Source: Patescibacteria group bacterium (GTDB lineage Bacteria > Patescibacteriota > Patescibacteriia > Magasanikbacterales > UBA922). From it: 64,000 nucleotides of DNA. The notes beneath the pieces were generated by a model. The model ran no database searches, had not been told where the DNA came from, and saw only the letters and a program-made list of their open reading frames with translations. How positions within the stretch are numbered: the first letter of the stretch is position 1; each line of letters starts with the position of its first letter. A program made the translations under genes and the position numbers. Shown piece by piece: positions 30,558-40,149 of this stretch. The stretch spans positions 83,357 to 147,356 of the forward strand of contig JBAZIZ010000003.1 in NCBI GenBank assembly GCA_041651535.1, given 5' to 3'.

Positions 30558-31127
30558 TTAGCTTTTGTCAAGAGTAGCTAATTCTTTATCAATTATTTTT
30601 TTCATAAATAACACTGTTTCTTTTAGATGACCTTGTCGATTTGTAATCTGGTAATTATAATTTTTTGCTTGTTTGAGCTCTTTTTTTGCGATTTTTAATC
30701 TTTCAGCAATTTGTTTTTTATCCAAACCTCCACGATTTTTTATTCTTTCTTCTAAAGCTTGTAAACTATCAGGCAATAAGAAAAAAGATAAATGTTTTAT
30801 TTTTTCTCGATCAAAAGATTTTTTACCATTAACATCAATCTGTACAAAAACAATTTTATTTTTTTCTATTTTTTCAAACAATTGTTTTTTTTCCACACCA
30901 TAATAATTTCCGTTATAGAAATTATATTCAATTAATTCATGGTTTTTTATTTTATTTTCAAAATCAGTTTTACTAACAAAAAAATAATCTTGACCATCTT
31001 TTTCTTTTTCTCGTGGTTGACGAGAAGTTGTGTTAACTGATAAACAAGATTTTTTATAAATCTTTTTTAATTCTCTTAAGACAGTATTTTTTCCTCCGCC
31101 AGAAGGAGAGGAAACTATAATTATCAT
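30558..31127 (-). CDS. gmk: Guanylate kinase
   Basis: PSGGGK, TTSRQPR..E.DG.DYFF, YYG motifs. Confidence 0.94.
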   Translation of the reverse strand: MIIIVSSPSGGGKNTVLRELKKIYKKSCLSVNTTSRQPREKEKDGQDYFFVSKTDFENKIKNHELIEYNFYNGNYYGVEKKQLFEKIEKNKIVFVQIDVNGKKSFDREKIKHLSFFLLPDSLQALEERIKNRGGLDKKQIAERLKIAKKELKQAKNYNYQITNRQGHLKETVLFMKKIIDKELATLDKS

Positions 31128-31130
31128 AAA

Positions 31131-32096
31131 TTATTTTTTTAAAGTTGCTAAAAAAGTAATGAGATCTTTAGCTAAAGGTATTTCAACATCAACTGTTTCA
31201 CCATTTAAATCCGCAAAAGCTAATTTATAAGCTTGTAAAAAAAGACGTCCTAATTGGTTATCAACTTTTTTAATTAATTTTCTATTTAAATATAATTCAT
31301 CACCAACCACTGGATGATTACTAGCAAACATATGAACACGAATTTGATGTGTACGTCCACTGTGGATCTGCACATCAAGTAAACTAAATCTAGCAAATTT
31401 TTTATCTAAATAAAATTCAGTTAAAGCTTCTTTACCTTTTTGAATTTTTGTAACATTTTTTAATTTTAATTTATCAATTTTTGGTCGACAAACCATTTTT
31501 GCTTTTGATCGATCAATTTCAAAATCAATTCTATCATGTTCTTTTTCAAAATGGCCGTAAACTAAAACTTTGTATTTTTTTTCTACAGTTTTATCTTGAA
31601 ATTGTTTTTTAAAAAAATCAAAAGCTTTTTGATTTTTTGCAATCAATAATAAACCAGAAGCCTCTTTATCTAATCGATGAACAATACCAGGTCGATCTTT
31701 ATTTTCACCAACATTTTTTATATTTGGATATTTTTTTAATAACCAAGTTATCAATGTATTTTTTTCTCCAGCACTTGTCGGGTGAACAAGTAAACCAGCT
31801 GGTTTATCAATAATTAAAAAATCAGAAGTTTCTTTTATGATTTTGATTTCCGAAAAAAGCTTTTGTTCTGTATCTTTTTTGTCTTTTGAAATTTTAGGTT
31901 CTTGGTGAAATTCCAAAATATCTCCAGTTTTAATCCGATCACCAGCTTTTTTTGGTTTTTTACCATTTAAAGTTAATAAACCTTCATCTATCATTTTTTT
32001 TGCTTGTGAACGAGGCAAATTTAAAATCTCAGCTAAAAAAATATCTAATCTTTTATCTTGAACATCTTTTGGAATTAAAATTTTTTTATTATTCAT
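31131..32096 (-). CDS. RluA/RluD family pseudouridine synthase with S4 domain
   Basis: RLD.FL, DKPAGLLVHP, VHRLDKEASG, GRTHQIRVH; ATG at 32096 preferred. Confidence 0.93.
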   Translation of the reverse strand: MNNKKILIPKDVQDKRLDIFLAEILNLPRSQAKKMIDEGLLTLNGKKPKKAGDRIKTGDILEFHQEPKISKDKKDTEQKLFSEIKIIKETSDFLIIDKPAGLLVHPTSAGEKNTLITWLLKKYPNIKNVGENKDRPGIVHRLDKEASGLLLIAKNQKAFDFFKKQFQDKTVEKKYKVLVYGHFEKEHDRIDFEIDRSKAKMVCRPKIDKLKLKNVTKIQKGKEALTEFYLDKKFARFSLLDVQIHSGRTHQIRVHMFASNHPVVGDELYLNRKLIKKVDNQLGRLFLQAYKLAFADLNGETVDVEIPLAKDLITFLATLKK

Positions 32097-32183
32097 ATGT
32101 TTTTTCTTGATAAAAATCATTATATAGAAAAAGACTTGAAAAAGCAAATGAAATCTGCTACAATATTTTTATCATTTACAAAT

Positions 32184-32257
32184 GGGTCAGTAGCTCAGTC
32201 GGTTAGAGCACAGCGCTTATAACGCTGGGGTCGGTGGTTCAAGTCCACCCTGACCTA
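32184..32257 (+). tRNA. tRNA-Ile(TAT), CCA not encoded
   Basis: Acceptor GGGTCAG/CTGACCT-A, anticodon arm CAGCG-CTTATAA-CGCTG, T-arm GGTGG-TTCAAGT-CCACC. Confidence 0.93.
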
Positions 32258-32496
32258 CACAAAAAATTCGCCATAAACGAATTTTTTTATTTTTTCAAAA
32301 AAAGTTAAAAATAAAATTAAAATTATAAAAAATAATTTATGAATTTTTTTATGATTTAAAAAAATATTTTTTTAAAAAAGAAAAATTTTTTTTCAAAAAA
32401 TAAAAGTTATACACAGTGAATCACAAAAAGTATTTAAAATTTTTCAAAAAAACTTTATACTATATTTATAAAGGTCGTTATAAAAAAAATATAAAA

Positions 32497-32594
32497 AATT
32501 TTACGCCGATGCTTGTCGTGTAAAATTCTTCTAATGTTTATTCGATGTAAATTTGGTGTGTGCCATGGTTACATCAAAATATTAAATAAACATT
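32497..32594 (+). promoter_or_regulatory. Two-hairpin structured 5' leader of the H1-like gene
   Basis: AATTTTAC/GTAAAATT stem; AATGTTTATT/AATAAACATT enclosing GATGTAA/TTACATC. Confidence 0.45.
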
Positions 32595-32625
32595 TTTATC
32601 TTAAAAAAGAAAAGGGGTGAATTAT

Positions 32626-32769
32626 ATGCCTACAAAGAAAAAAGCTGTAAAAAAAGTTGCTAAGAAAAAAGTTGCTAAGAAAAAAGTAGCAAAAAAAGCA
32701 GTTAAGAAAGTTGCTAAGAAAAAAGTAGCAAAAAAAACTGCTAAGAAAAAAGTTGCTAAGAAAAAATAG
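32626..32769 (+). CDS. 47-aa Lys/Ala/Val histone H1-like basic protein
   Basis: Not in track. MPTKKKAVKKVAKKKVAKKKVAKKAVKKVAKKKVAKKTAKKKVAKKK; SD AAGGGGTG; synonymous codon variation between repeats; terminator at 32781-32820. Confidence 0.85.
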   Translation: MPTKKKAVKKVAKKKVAKKKVAKKAVKKVAKKKVAKKTAKKKVAKKK

Positions 32770-32780
32770 TTTCTTACCAC

Positions 32781-32820
32781 AAACAAAAATACTCCTCTAT
32801 AGGAGTGTTTTTGTTTTTTT
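32781..32820. terminator. Bidirectional terminator
   Basis: AAACAAAAATACTCCT/AGGAGTGTTTTTGTTT stem. Confidence 0.75.
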
Positions 32821-32828
32821 ATAAAAAA

Positions 32829-34103
32829 TTAAAGTTCTAAACTTAAATTTTTATCTTTTCTTTTTTCATCAGAAAAAACTTTTACTATTCCAAAAACTCC
32901 ATCATAACCTGGTTTAACAAAAATATTTCCTTTTCTTACTCTATCGATAGCCTCAGCAATTTTTTCACTCTCAATTTTTTTTATTTTTTCTAAATCAGCT
33001 TCAAGTAAAATGTAAAATTCGTTACCAATATTTTTTAATAAATTTTCATAAGTATTTAAAACTATTTTACTCACAACTCCTTTTTCCAAAGTATCCGCAA
33101 TAATTTCTATAAGAGGTACTAAATTTTGAAAAGGAATTTTTTCTTTACTGATGTTTTGAATTTCTTTTTCCCCACGATCACTGAGCTCCGCTAATCTATT
33201 ACTTACTCCTAAAACTAATTTCTTTTTACAAATTGGACAAATATTTTTATATTTCAAACTTTCTTCTGGAGAACAAACAAAATTACAATCTTTATGTCCA
33301 TCAAAATGATATTTTCCTTCTTCAGGATAAAACTCTATTGTTTTTAAAAACTTTTTCTTGTCACGTTTTTTCAAAATAGAAAAAATTTCATTATAATTTA
33401 TATCTTGTTCATTAATAAATTGAAAAACATTAGCTTCTCGTCCTAATTTTTGTAGACTATGGGCATCAGAATTTGAAACTAAAGAAAATTTATCTAAAGA
33501 TGACCAATGCCAATTCATAAGTGGATCACTGGATAAGCCAGTTTCTAATGCAAAAATTTCTGAGCTCATTTCTTCAAAACAATCTTCAATACTATCATAA
33601 CCACTTTTGGAACCAAAAAGTCCAAACCAAGGAGTCCAAATATGTGCTGGAATCATTTGCATTCTTGAATCAATTTTTTTTATAAAAATTAAAAGTTCTT
33701 TTGCAGTCATTCCTAAAATAGGGCGGCCATCTGATCTAAGATTAAAACCGTTTTTTTCTAATTCATTATTAAATTTTTCTACAATTTGTAAATTTGGAGC
33801 AAAAATACATAAGTGCAGACGGCGACAAAAATCTTTATGTTTTTTAATACAAGCAATTTCTGTACCTAAAATAAATTTTGTCTTTGATTGTTTATTTTTT
33901 AATTCAAAAATTCCAGTATCCGCAATTTCTTTTAAATTTTCTTTTAAATGACTAAACCAAGCAGGATGTGTAAAATCACCTGTGGCAATAATATCTATTC
34001 CTTTTTTTTCACAAGCTTGGGCAATTTTTGGCAATTCTAAATCACGACTACAAGCACGAGAATATCTGGAATGAATATGTAAATCCAAAATTTGTCTGAT
34101 CAT
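32829..34103 (-). CDS. Endonuclease Q family PHP-domain protein
   Basis: DLHIHSRYSRA, TGDFTHP.W, DGRP, PAHIWTPW, ETGLSSD, NSDAHS, GKYH, CPIC, PGYDG motifs. Confidence 0.88.
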   Translation of the reverse strand: MIRQILDLHIHSRYSRACSRDLELPKIAQACEKKGIDIIATGDFTHPAWFSHLKENLKEIADTGIFELKNKQSKTKFILGTEIACIKKHKDFCRRLHLCIFAPNLQIVEKFNNELEKNGFNLRSDGRPILGMTAKELLIFIKKIDSRMQMIPAHIWTPWFGLFGSKSGYDSIEDCFEEMSSEIFALETGLSSDPLMNWHWSSLDKFSLVSNSDAHSLQKLGREANVFQFINEQDINYNEIFSILKKRDKKKFLKTIEFYPEEGKYHFDGHKDCNFVCSPEESLKYKNICPICKKKLVLGVSNRLAELSDRGEKEIQNISKEKIPFQNLVPLIEIIADTLEKGVVSKIVLNTYENLLKNIGNEFYILLEADLEKIKKIESEKIAEAIDRVRKGNIFVKPGYDGVFGIVKVFSDEKRKDKNLSLEL

Positions 34104-34175
34104 ATTTCAAAAATTCAAAAATTCTTATATAATGTTTATATAGATTAACATAAAAATATTAAAGCGACAATATTT

Positions 34176-34682
34176 ATGAAACAAAAAATCGTTGTCAATG
34201 ATAAAATGCAAAAAAACTACATTTATTATCGCACGGAAAAAATGGGAAAAAATTTTGCGCCTGAATTTAAACCAGAATTAAGCCCAAAAAAAATGTTAGC
34301 GCTTGGAGTTTTTGGTGGAAAATATATGACTGATTGTGGCAAAGAATTTCCGGCTGATTGGTTTACCAAAGCAAAATTATCTCCACAGAAAAAAGATAAG
34401 AATATAAATTATTTTAAAAAAGATGCTTCCTTACCTTTATCTTATTGGATAAAAAAAGGTTGGATTTATCATGAAGATCCACGTGGTTGGTTCCAATGGT
34501 ATTGTCGTTATTATTCAGGAAGAAGAATTGAAGTAGAAGACAAAAGACAAATCAAACGTTGGCAAGCATTCAAAAGACATCGCACAGCGATTATGAAAAA
34601 TTGTGAAGCAAAAGATTTTTCTTGTCGTCCAAAACAAAGACAAGCGATTTTACATTGGGCGTATGATGCGAGGAAAATATAG
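34176..34682 (+). CDS. Conserved protein of unknown function
   Basis: 168 aa with conserved-looking GVFGGKY, DPRGWFQWYCRYY.GRR, RQI.RW, RQA.LHW motifs. Confidence 0.8.
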   Translation: MKQKIVVNDKMQKNYIYYRTEKMGKNFAPEFKPELSPKKMLALGVFGGKYMTDCGKEFPADWFTKAKLSPQKKDKNINYFKKDASLPLSYWIKKGWIYHEDPRGWFQWYCRYYSGRRIEVEDKRQIKRWQAFKRHRTAIMKNCEAKDFSCRPKQRQAILHWAYDARKI

Positions 34683-34742
34683 GAAAGTAAAAATTAAAAA
34701 ACAGTCTTAACACCAGACTGTTTTATTTTTTAATATTCTAAT

Positions 34743-35708
34743 TTACTCTTTAAACTTATTTATATATTCAATTGCTGAGAGAGCTGCGGTTGCGCCATGT
34801 CCAGAAGCAATAATAATTTGTTTAAAAGGTACATCAGTCACATCACCAGCAGCAAAAATTCCTTCACAATCAGTTTTACATTTTGTATCAACTTGAATTT
34901 CTCCAATTCTATTTTTTGAACCACAGGAAACAAAATCAGAATTTGGAATTTGACCAATATGAACCATCACGCCTTCAACTCCTAATTCTTTTTCTTCGTG
35001 AGTTTTTAAATCTTCATAAATTATTTTTTCGACAAAATCTTTACCAACAATTTTTTTCAAATTAGCATTATAAATTATTTCTATATTTTCTAAACTTTTT
35101 ACTTTATCAATCAAAATATCTTCAGCTCGAGGAAAACCGCCTTTATTTTCAATACTATTTTCATAAATTGTCATGATATAAGCTTTTTTGGCGATTGTTG
35201 ATAACATTAATACTGATTCTAAAGCTGAATTACCAGCTCCAACAGTAATTGTGGTTCTATTTCTAAATAATGGACCATCACAAACTGTACAATAAGTAAC
35301 TCCTCGTCCTCGAAATTCAGTTTCACCTTCAACTCCTAAAGTACGTGGATGAATTCCACTAGCAATTATGATTGCTTTGGTTTTATAAATTTTTTCTTCA
35401 TTAGCAAGATTAACAGCTTTAATAACATGAAACTTTCCTTCTTTTGTTAAAGATTCTACTCGGTAACCTTGGTCAATTTTTTGACCATAAGATTCAACAT
35501 GTTTTTGAAAATTTTGTGCCAATTCAAAACCAGAAATACTGATTATCCCTGGCCAGTTATTAACTTCTCCAGACAAAGCAACTTCGCCACCAATTTCTTG
35601 GGTAACTATTTTAAAATTCAAATTACGACGACAAGCATAAACTGCAGCTGAAAGTCCAGCGGCACTAGCACCAATTATAACCAAATCTAAAATTTCTTCA
35701 TTGTTCAT
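34743..35708 (-). CDS. trxB: Thioredoxin reductase family FAD-dependent oxidoreductase
   Basis: GASAAGLSAA, YCTVCDG redox motif, GAGNSA, FAAGDVTD. Confidence 0.9.
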   Translation of the reverse strand: MNNEEILDLVIIGASAAGLSAAVYACRRNLNFKIVTQEIGGEVALSGEVNNWPGIISISGFELAQNFQKHVESYGQKIDQGYRVESLTKEGKFHVIKAVNLANEEKIYKTKAIIIASGIHPRTLGVEGETEFRGRGVTYCTVCDGPLFRNRTTITVGAGNSALESVLMLSTIAKKAYIMTIYENSIENKGGFPRAEDILIDKVKSLENIEIIYNANLKKIVGKDFVEKIIYEDLKTHEEKELGVEGVMVHIGQIPNSDFVSCGSKNRIGEIQVDTKCKTDCEGIFAAGDVTDVPFKQIIIASGHGATAALSAIEYINKFKE

Positions 35709-35751
35709 ATTTATACAAATTAAAATTATGTGTATGTATTTTATTACTATC

Positions 35752-36393
35752 TTATTTTTTCGTCAATTGTGTAAAAGTACGATAAGCTGTTTTTGGATCA
35801 TCAGCATCTAAAATCGCACTGCCTACACAAAGATTATCCGCTCCAGCTGAAATAATTTTTTGGATATTATATTCTTTTACTCCTCCATCAACCGAAACTA
35901 AAATATTTAAATTTTGTTTTTTAAAATTTTTTATTTTTCGCAAAACTTTGTTATCAAATTTTTGTCCTTGTTTTCCTGGCAAAACTCCCATAAAAACTAA
36001 AACATCAATATTTTTTAAATATTTTTTAATTTTACTTATTTTTGTATTTGGATTAAGCACCAGACCTAATTCCCATTTTTGTTTTTTACAAAAATTTATA
36101 ATCTCAACAAAATTATTTTCTTCTATAATTTCTGCATGAACTAAAATTCTTTTGACATTTTTAACGCTCGTCCATTTTTTTAAATAAACTAGAGGTTGTT
36201 TAACCATGAGATGAAGTTCAACTTTATTTTTTTCATTTTGTAAAAAAGATGGCTGTATATTATTTTTTGCTATTACAAATTTTCCATCAACAATATCAAT
36301 TTGGAATAAATTAACTTCTTTTTTTAAACTGTCAAATTGTTTTTGAAATTTTTTTTTGCTAAAAACAAAAATAGACGGGATTATTTTTGCCAT
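35752..36393 (-). CDS. rpe: Ribulose-phosphate 3-epimerase family
   Basis: IDIVDGKF, LHLMV, LNP.T, MGV.PG..GQ, VDGGV motifs. Confidence 0.88.
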   Translation of the reverse strand: MAKIIPSIFVFSKKKFQKQFDSLKKEVNLFQIDIVDGKFVIAKNNIQPSFLQNEKNKVELHLMVKQPLVYLKKWTSVKNVKRILVHAEIIEENNFVEIINFCKKQKWELGLVLNPNTKISKIKKYLKNIDVLVFMGVLPGKQGQKFDNKVLRKIKNFKKQNLNILVSVDGGVKEYNIQKIISAGADNLCVGSAILDADDPKTAYRTFTQLTKK

Positions 36394-36394
36394 A

Positions 36395-37087
36395 TTATTT
36401 ATATTTTTTTTCTTCTATTTTTCCTAAAAAATAATCTTTGATATTTTCCAAATTATTTAAATCTATTTTTGTCTCCAAAAAAATAAGGCTATTTTCAATC
36501 GCTCGAATTTTATCTTTTATCTCGGCCACCAGATCTTCAAATTGGCAATTGTCTGCTAACTGTCGTAAATCACTAATTAATTTTTCCATTTCAATCATTT
36601 TTTGACGATAGGTTTCAATTTTTTGACGATATTTTTTTTCTTCTTTATGTAAAATAGTTTGAAAAACAAATTTTTTTATATCTTCTTTTATATCTAAAAG
36701 TAAATCACCAATTTTTTTTCTTTCCTCGCTTTCTAAAATAGACAAAGCTGTTCCAGAAAAAATATCTTCATAATTAACTCCTAATTCTTTTAACAAAAAA
36801 TATTTATCTTTTAAATCAGCTTCTAATCTTTGTCTTACAATTTTTTCTAGCATTTTTTCTTCATATTCATGATGAATTTCTGCAAAAGATACAAAATATG
36901 GCCAAACTGTTTTTCCAAATTTAGCAAAAATATTTTCCACTTCTTCAGCACTTAAATCATATTTTTTTTCAACTTCTGCTAAGGTTTTTTTTATTTCTAA
37001 ATCAATATCATCTGGAAAAAAAGGTGGTGGATTTCCAAAAATCTTTTTCAAAATTTGAATTGTATATTCGTGATTTTTATTAGTCAT
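36395..37087 (-). CDS. Hypothetical helical/coiled-coil protein
   Basis: 230-aa ORF tightly packed in an operon; no recognisable motif. Confidence 0.7.
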   Translation of the reverse strand: MTNKNHEYTIQILKKIFGNPPPFFPDDIDLEIKKTLAEVEKKYDLSAEEVENIFAKFGKTVWPYFVSFAEIHHEYEEKMLEKIVRQRLEADLKDKYFLLKELGVNYEDIFSGTALSILESEERKKIGDLLLDIKEDIKKFVFQTILHKEEKKYRQKIETYRQKMIEMEKLISDLRQLADNCQFEDLVAEIKDKIRAIENSLIFLETKIDLNNLENIKDYFLGKIEEKKYK

Positions 37088-37088
37088 A

Positions 37089-37754
37089 TTAAATATTTAT
37101 AAATTTTTCCCATTTTAAAAATAATTCTTTTGTAGCAAATAAATCTCCAGCACAATATTTGGCGATTTTTTCATATTCACCTTTTTTGTATAATGGAGCA
37201 ACTTCATGTCCATTTATTCCTTCACTTTTTGGTGATTTAATTTCAAAAGCTTTACAATAAAAATCTAAATTAAATTTGCGATAAGAATTATAAAAAGTTA
37301 ATTGTTCTAAAAGATCAATATGAACATTATTCGCATAACGATAAGGCATAAGATTACGACTAATTTTAACTCCAAGCATGGCAGATTTTAACATAAGTAC
37401 AGGACAATCAAATCCCCGACCGTTAAAAGTCACAAATCTATCAGCATATTTTATTGCTTGCCAAAATTTTTCTAAAATTTCTTTTTCTGTACCAATCGAA
37501 TATTTTATATTATTTTCTATCCAATCAGTTTTTTTGTTTTCTGATTGAAAATAAACTGCGCCTTTACCAGTTTCTGCCACAAGCATCCCAATGGCTACAA
37601 TTTTATTTGTTGGCGCCCAAAGAGCTAATTGGGTTAAAATTTTTTCTCGTTCATCTTCGTCTTCAGCAAATTTTAATAAATATTCTTTTTGGGTTTCATC
37701 AAACGAATCAAAATCAAGTGGAATTGTTTCTATATCAAAAATAACTGTCCTCAT
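37089..37754 (-). CDS. Stand-alone PolB-like 3'-5' exonuclease (DEDDy)
   Basis: FDIET, FNGRGFD, YCAGD exonuclease motifs. Confidence 0.88.
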   Translation of the reverse strand: MRTVIFDIETIPLDFDSFDETQKEYLLKFAEDEDEREKILTQLALWAPTNKIVAIGMLVAETGKGAVYFQSENKKTDWIENNIKYSIGTEKEILEKFWQAIKYADRFVTFNGRGFDCPVLMLKSAMLGVKISRNLMPYRYANNVHIDLLEQLTFYNSYRKFNLDFYCKAFEIKSPKSEGINGHEVAPLYKKGEYEKIAKYCAGDLFATKELFLKWEKFINI

Positions 37755-37760
37755 ATTTTT

Positions 37761-38225
37761 TTAAACTAATTTATTTTTTATTTCATACATCGCTATTCCA
37801 GCTGCTACACTGACATTTAGACTTTCTTTTTTACCATACATCGGAATATGCGAAATATTATCACAAATTTTTAAAATATTTTTTTTCACACCATCAACTT
37901 CATTACCAACTATCAAAGCAACATCTTTTTCTATTTTTAATTTCTTTAATTCCTGACTATTTTCGTTTTTTTCTAACGCCACAATTTGAAATCCTTTCTT
38001 TTTTAGACTGACAATCAATCTTTTTAAATCTTTTTTACTTTCCCAAGGCATCCACTTTTCTGCACCAAGAGATACTTTATCAATTTGTGGTTTTGGTGGA
38101 TGAGAAGTGTAACCAACTAAAAAAAGTTTATCTACTCCGCAGGCATCAGCTGTTCGAAACATGGCACCGACATTATGACAGGATCTAATATCAGGTAAAA
38201 TTAAGTAAAATTTCTTGTTTTTCAT
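37761..38225 (-). CDS. TrmH/SpoU family RNA methyltransferase
   Basis: NVGAMFRTADA, VGNE..GV, IPM.G..ESLNVSVAAGI motifs. Confidence 0.93.
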   Translation of the reverse strand: MKNKKFYLILPDIRSCHNVGAMFRTADACGVDKLFLVGYTSHPPKPQIDKVSLGAEKWMPWESKKDLKRLIVSLKKKGFQIVALEKNENSQELKKLKIEKDVALIVGNEVDGVKKNILKICDNISHIPMYGKKESLNVSVAAGIAMYEIKNKLV

Positions 38226-38321
38226 ATTAAAACAATTATAACATAATGAGGAGGAAAAAGTAAAAAGGAGAAAGAAAAAATGGTTTTACTTTTTAAACAT
38301 AAAATGATAAAATTAAAATGT

Positions 38322-39278
38322 ATGACCGAAAAAGAAGGAATTCTACAACTCCAAAAATCTTTTGGCATTAATCCTATTTTTTCTAGGATAATTTTTGATA
38401 AAATAAAAAAAGATAATTTAATAGAAGACGCTGCAAAGATTATTGCAGAAAGACCAAAACCTTTTGTAAAATGGGTTGGAGGAAAACGCCAACTTTTAAA
38501 ACAATTTAAAGAGCTTGGATTATATCCTCCAGATGAATTTAATCCTTTAAAACACACTTATTTTGAGCCTTTTGTTGGTGGTGGGGCTGTATTTCTTGAT
38601 TTATTACCAAAAAATGCGGTTATTTCTGATTTAAATTCCGATCTCATTACGACTTATAAAGTAGTTAAAAATGATGTTGAAAAATTGATAAAATTATTAA
38701 AAACATATAAATATAGTAAAGATTTCTTTTTAAAAATTAGAAGTCAAAAATCTTCTAGTCTTTCTGAAATTCAAATCGCGGCGAGATTTATTTATTTAAA
38801 CAGAACTTGTTTTAATGGCTTGTATAGAGTTAATAGCAAGGGAGAATTTAATGTTCCGTTTGGAAAATACAATAATCCACTTATTTGTGATGAAGATAAT
38901 TTAAAAAAAATATCCAAAGCTCTAAAAAATGTAAAAATTTATAATGAAGACTATAAAAATGTTTTAAAAAGATCTAAAAAAGGAGATTTTATTTATTTTG
39001 ATCCTCCTTATTATCCAATAAACAAAACTTCATCATTTACTTCTTACACCTCAAAGGAATTTTTAGAAAAAGAACAATTGGAACTCAGAGATACCTTTTT
39101 AGAATTACACAGAAGGGGTTGCTTTGTGATGCTTTCAAATTCTAACACTCCTTTTATAAATAAAATTTATTCTGATTTTAAAGGGATTAAAATTAATAAA
39201 ATAGAAGCAAACAGAAATATAAATTCTAAAGCTTCGGGAAGAGGCAAAATAAAAGAAGTTTTAATCATTAATTATTAA
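38322..39278 (+). CDS. Dam/DpnM-type DNA adenine methyltransferase (probably GATC)
   Basis: KWVGGKRQ, EPFVGGG, FNGLYRVN..G.FNVPFG, DPPY, LSNS; start may be 38280, 38304 or 38322. Confidence 0.93.
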   Translation: MTEKEGILQLQKSFGINPIFSRIIFDKIKKDNLIEDAAKIIAERPKPFVKWVGGKRQLLKQFKELGLYPPDEFNPLKHTYFEPFVGGGAVFLDLLPKNAVISDLNSDLITTYKVVKNDVEKLIKLLKTYKYSKDFFLKIRSQKSSSLSEIQIAARFIYLNRTCFNGLYRVNSKGEFNVPFGKYNNPLICDEDNLKKISKALKNVKIYNEDYKNVLKRSKKGDFIYFDPPYYPINKTSSFTSYTSKEFLEKEQLELRDTFLELHRRGCFVMLSNSNTPFINKIYSDFKGIKINKIEANRNINSKASGRGKIKEVLIINY

Positions 39279-39285
39279 TTTTTAT

Positions 39286-40143
39286 ATGAAAAAAGATTTT
39301 AACAAACTAACAAACACATTCAAAAGTTCAATTAAAACCTGGGATTATTTTGTAAACTGGGAGAAGGTTTTCTTAAACAAATCAGAATTAGAAATAACTC
39401 TTAATAAACTAAATTATTTACTAGGTAAAGACAATTTAAAAGATGAATTTAAAAAACTTTTTATCTCTAATCCTGATATTATAAAAGCTTTTCCTGTATT
39501 ATTAGCTGTCAGAGATAATAAACTTGAAGTATTTGACAAGGTGACAAAAAATTCTGAGTTTTTTGATTTTTCGCAAACAGATAAAAACTATGAAAAGTAT
39601 TTTTTATTCCTTAAAAATTCTGGACTTGATAAACTTTTTCAAAAAGACGGAATTAAAAATCTTGTTGATTATGTAATGGGGGTTGAAGTTGGGCTTGATA
39701 GTAATGGTAGAAAAAACCGAGGAGGTTCATTAATGGAAGAAATAGTTGAATCTTTTATTTCTGATTTTTGTAAAAATAAAGGGTTTGAATATGCTACTCA
39801 AGCTAGGTCTAGTGCAATAAAAAGTAAGTGGGGTGTAAATGTAAAAATAAATAAATCAGAAAGAAGTTTTGATTTTGCTATTTATAATCCTAAAAGTAAA
39901 AAGATTAAATTGTTTGAAACAAATTTTTATAATGGGGGTGGTTCAAAACTAAAAGCAGTTTGCGGGGAATTTAAAAGTCTTTATACAGAACTTAAAGAAC
40001 AAAGTATAGATTTTATTTGGATAACTGATGGCTTAGGTTGGTTTACAGCCAAAAGACCTCTTGAAGAAACATATAATCATAACGAATACATTTTTAATTT
40101 GAATATGCTTGGGGAAGGAATTTTGAATGAATTAAAATGGTAA
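39286..40143 (+). CDS. DpnII family type II restriction endonuclease
   Basis: DYFVNW, GVEVGLDSNGRKNRGG..ME, FDF, ETNFY.GGGSK, WITDG.GW motifs. Confidence 0.92.
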   Translation: MKKDFNKLTNTFKSSIKTWDYFVNWEKVFLNKSELEITLNKLNYLLGKDNLKDEFKKLFISNPDIIKAFPVLLAVRDNKLEVFDKVTKNSEFFDFSQTDKNYEKYFLFLKNSGLDKLFQKDGIKNLVDYVMGVEVGLDSNGRKNRGGSLMEEIVESFISDFCKNKGFEYATQARSSAIKSKWGVNVKINKSERSFDFAIYNPKSKKIKLFETNFYNGGGSKLKAVCGEFKSLYTELKEQSIDFIWITDGLGWFTAKRPLEETYNHNEYIFNLNMLGEGILNELKW

Positions 40144-40149
40144 ATTCTT

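Noticed and set aside
32626-32769. 15-bp tandem repeats as a CRISPR array or non-coding VNTR
   Set aside because: No spacers; variation is mostly at synonymous codon positions, so it is coding.
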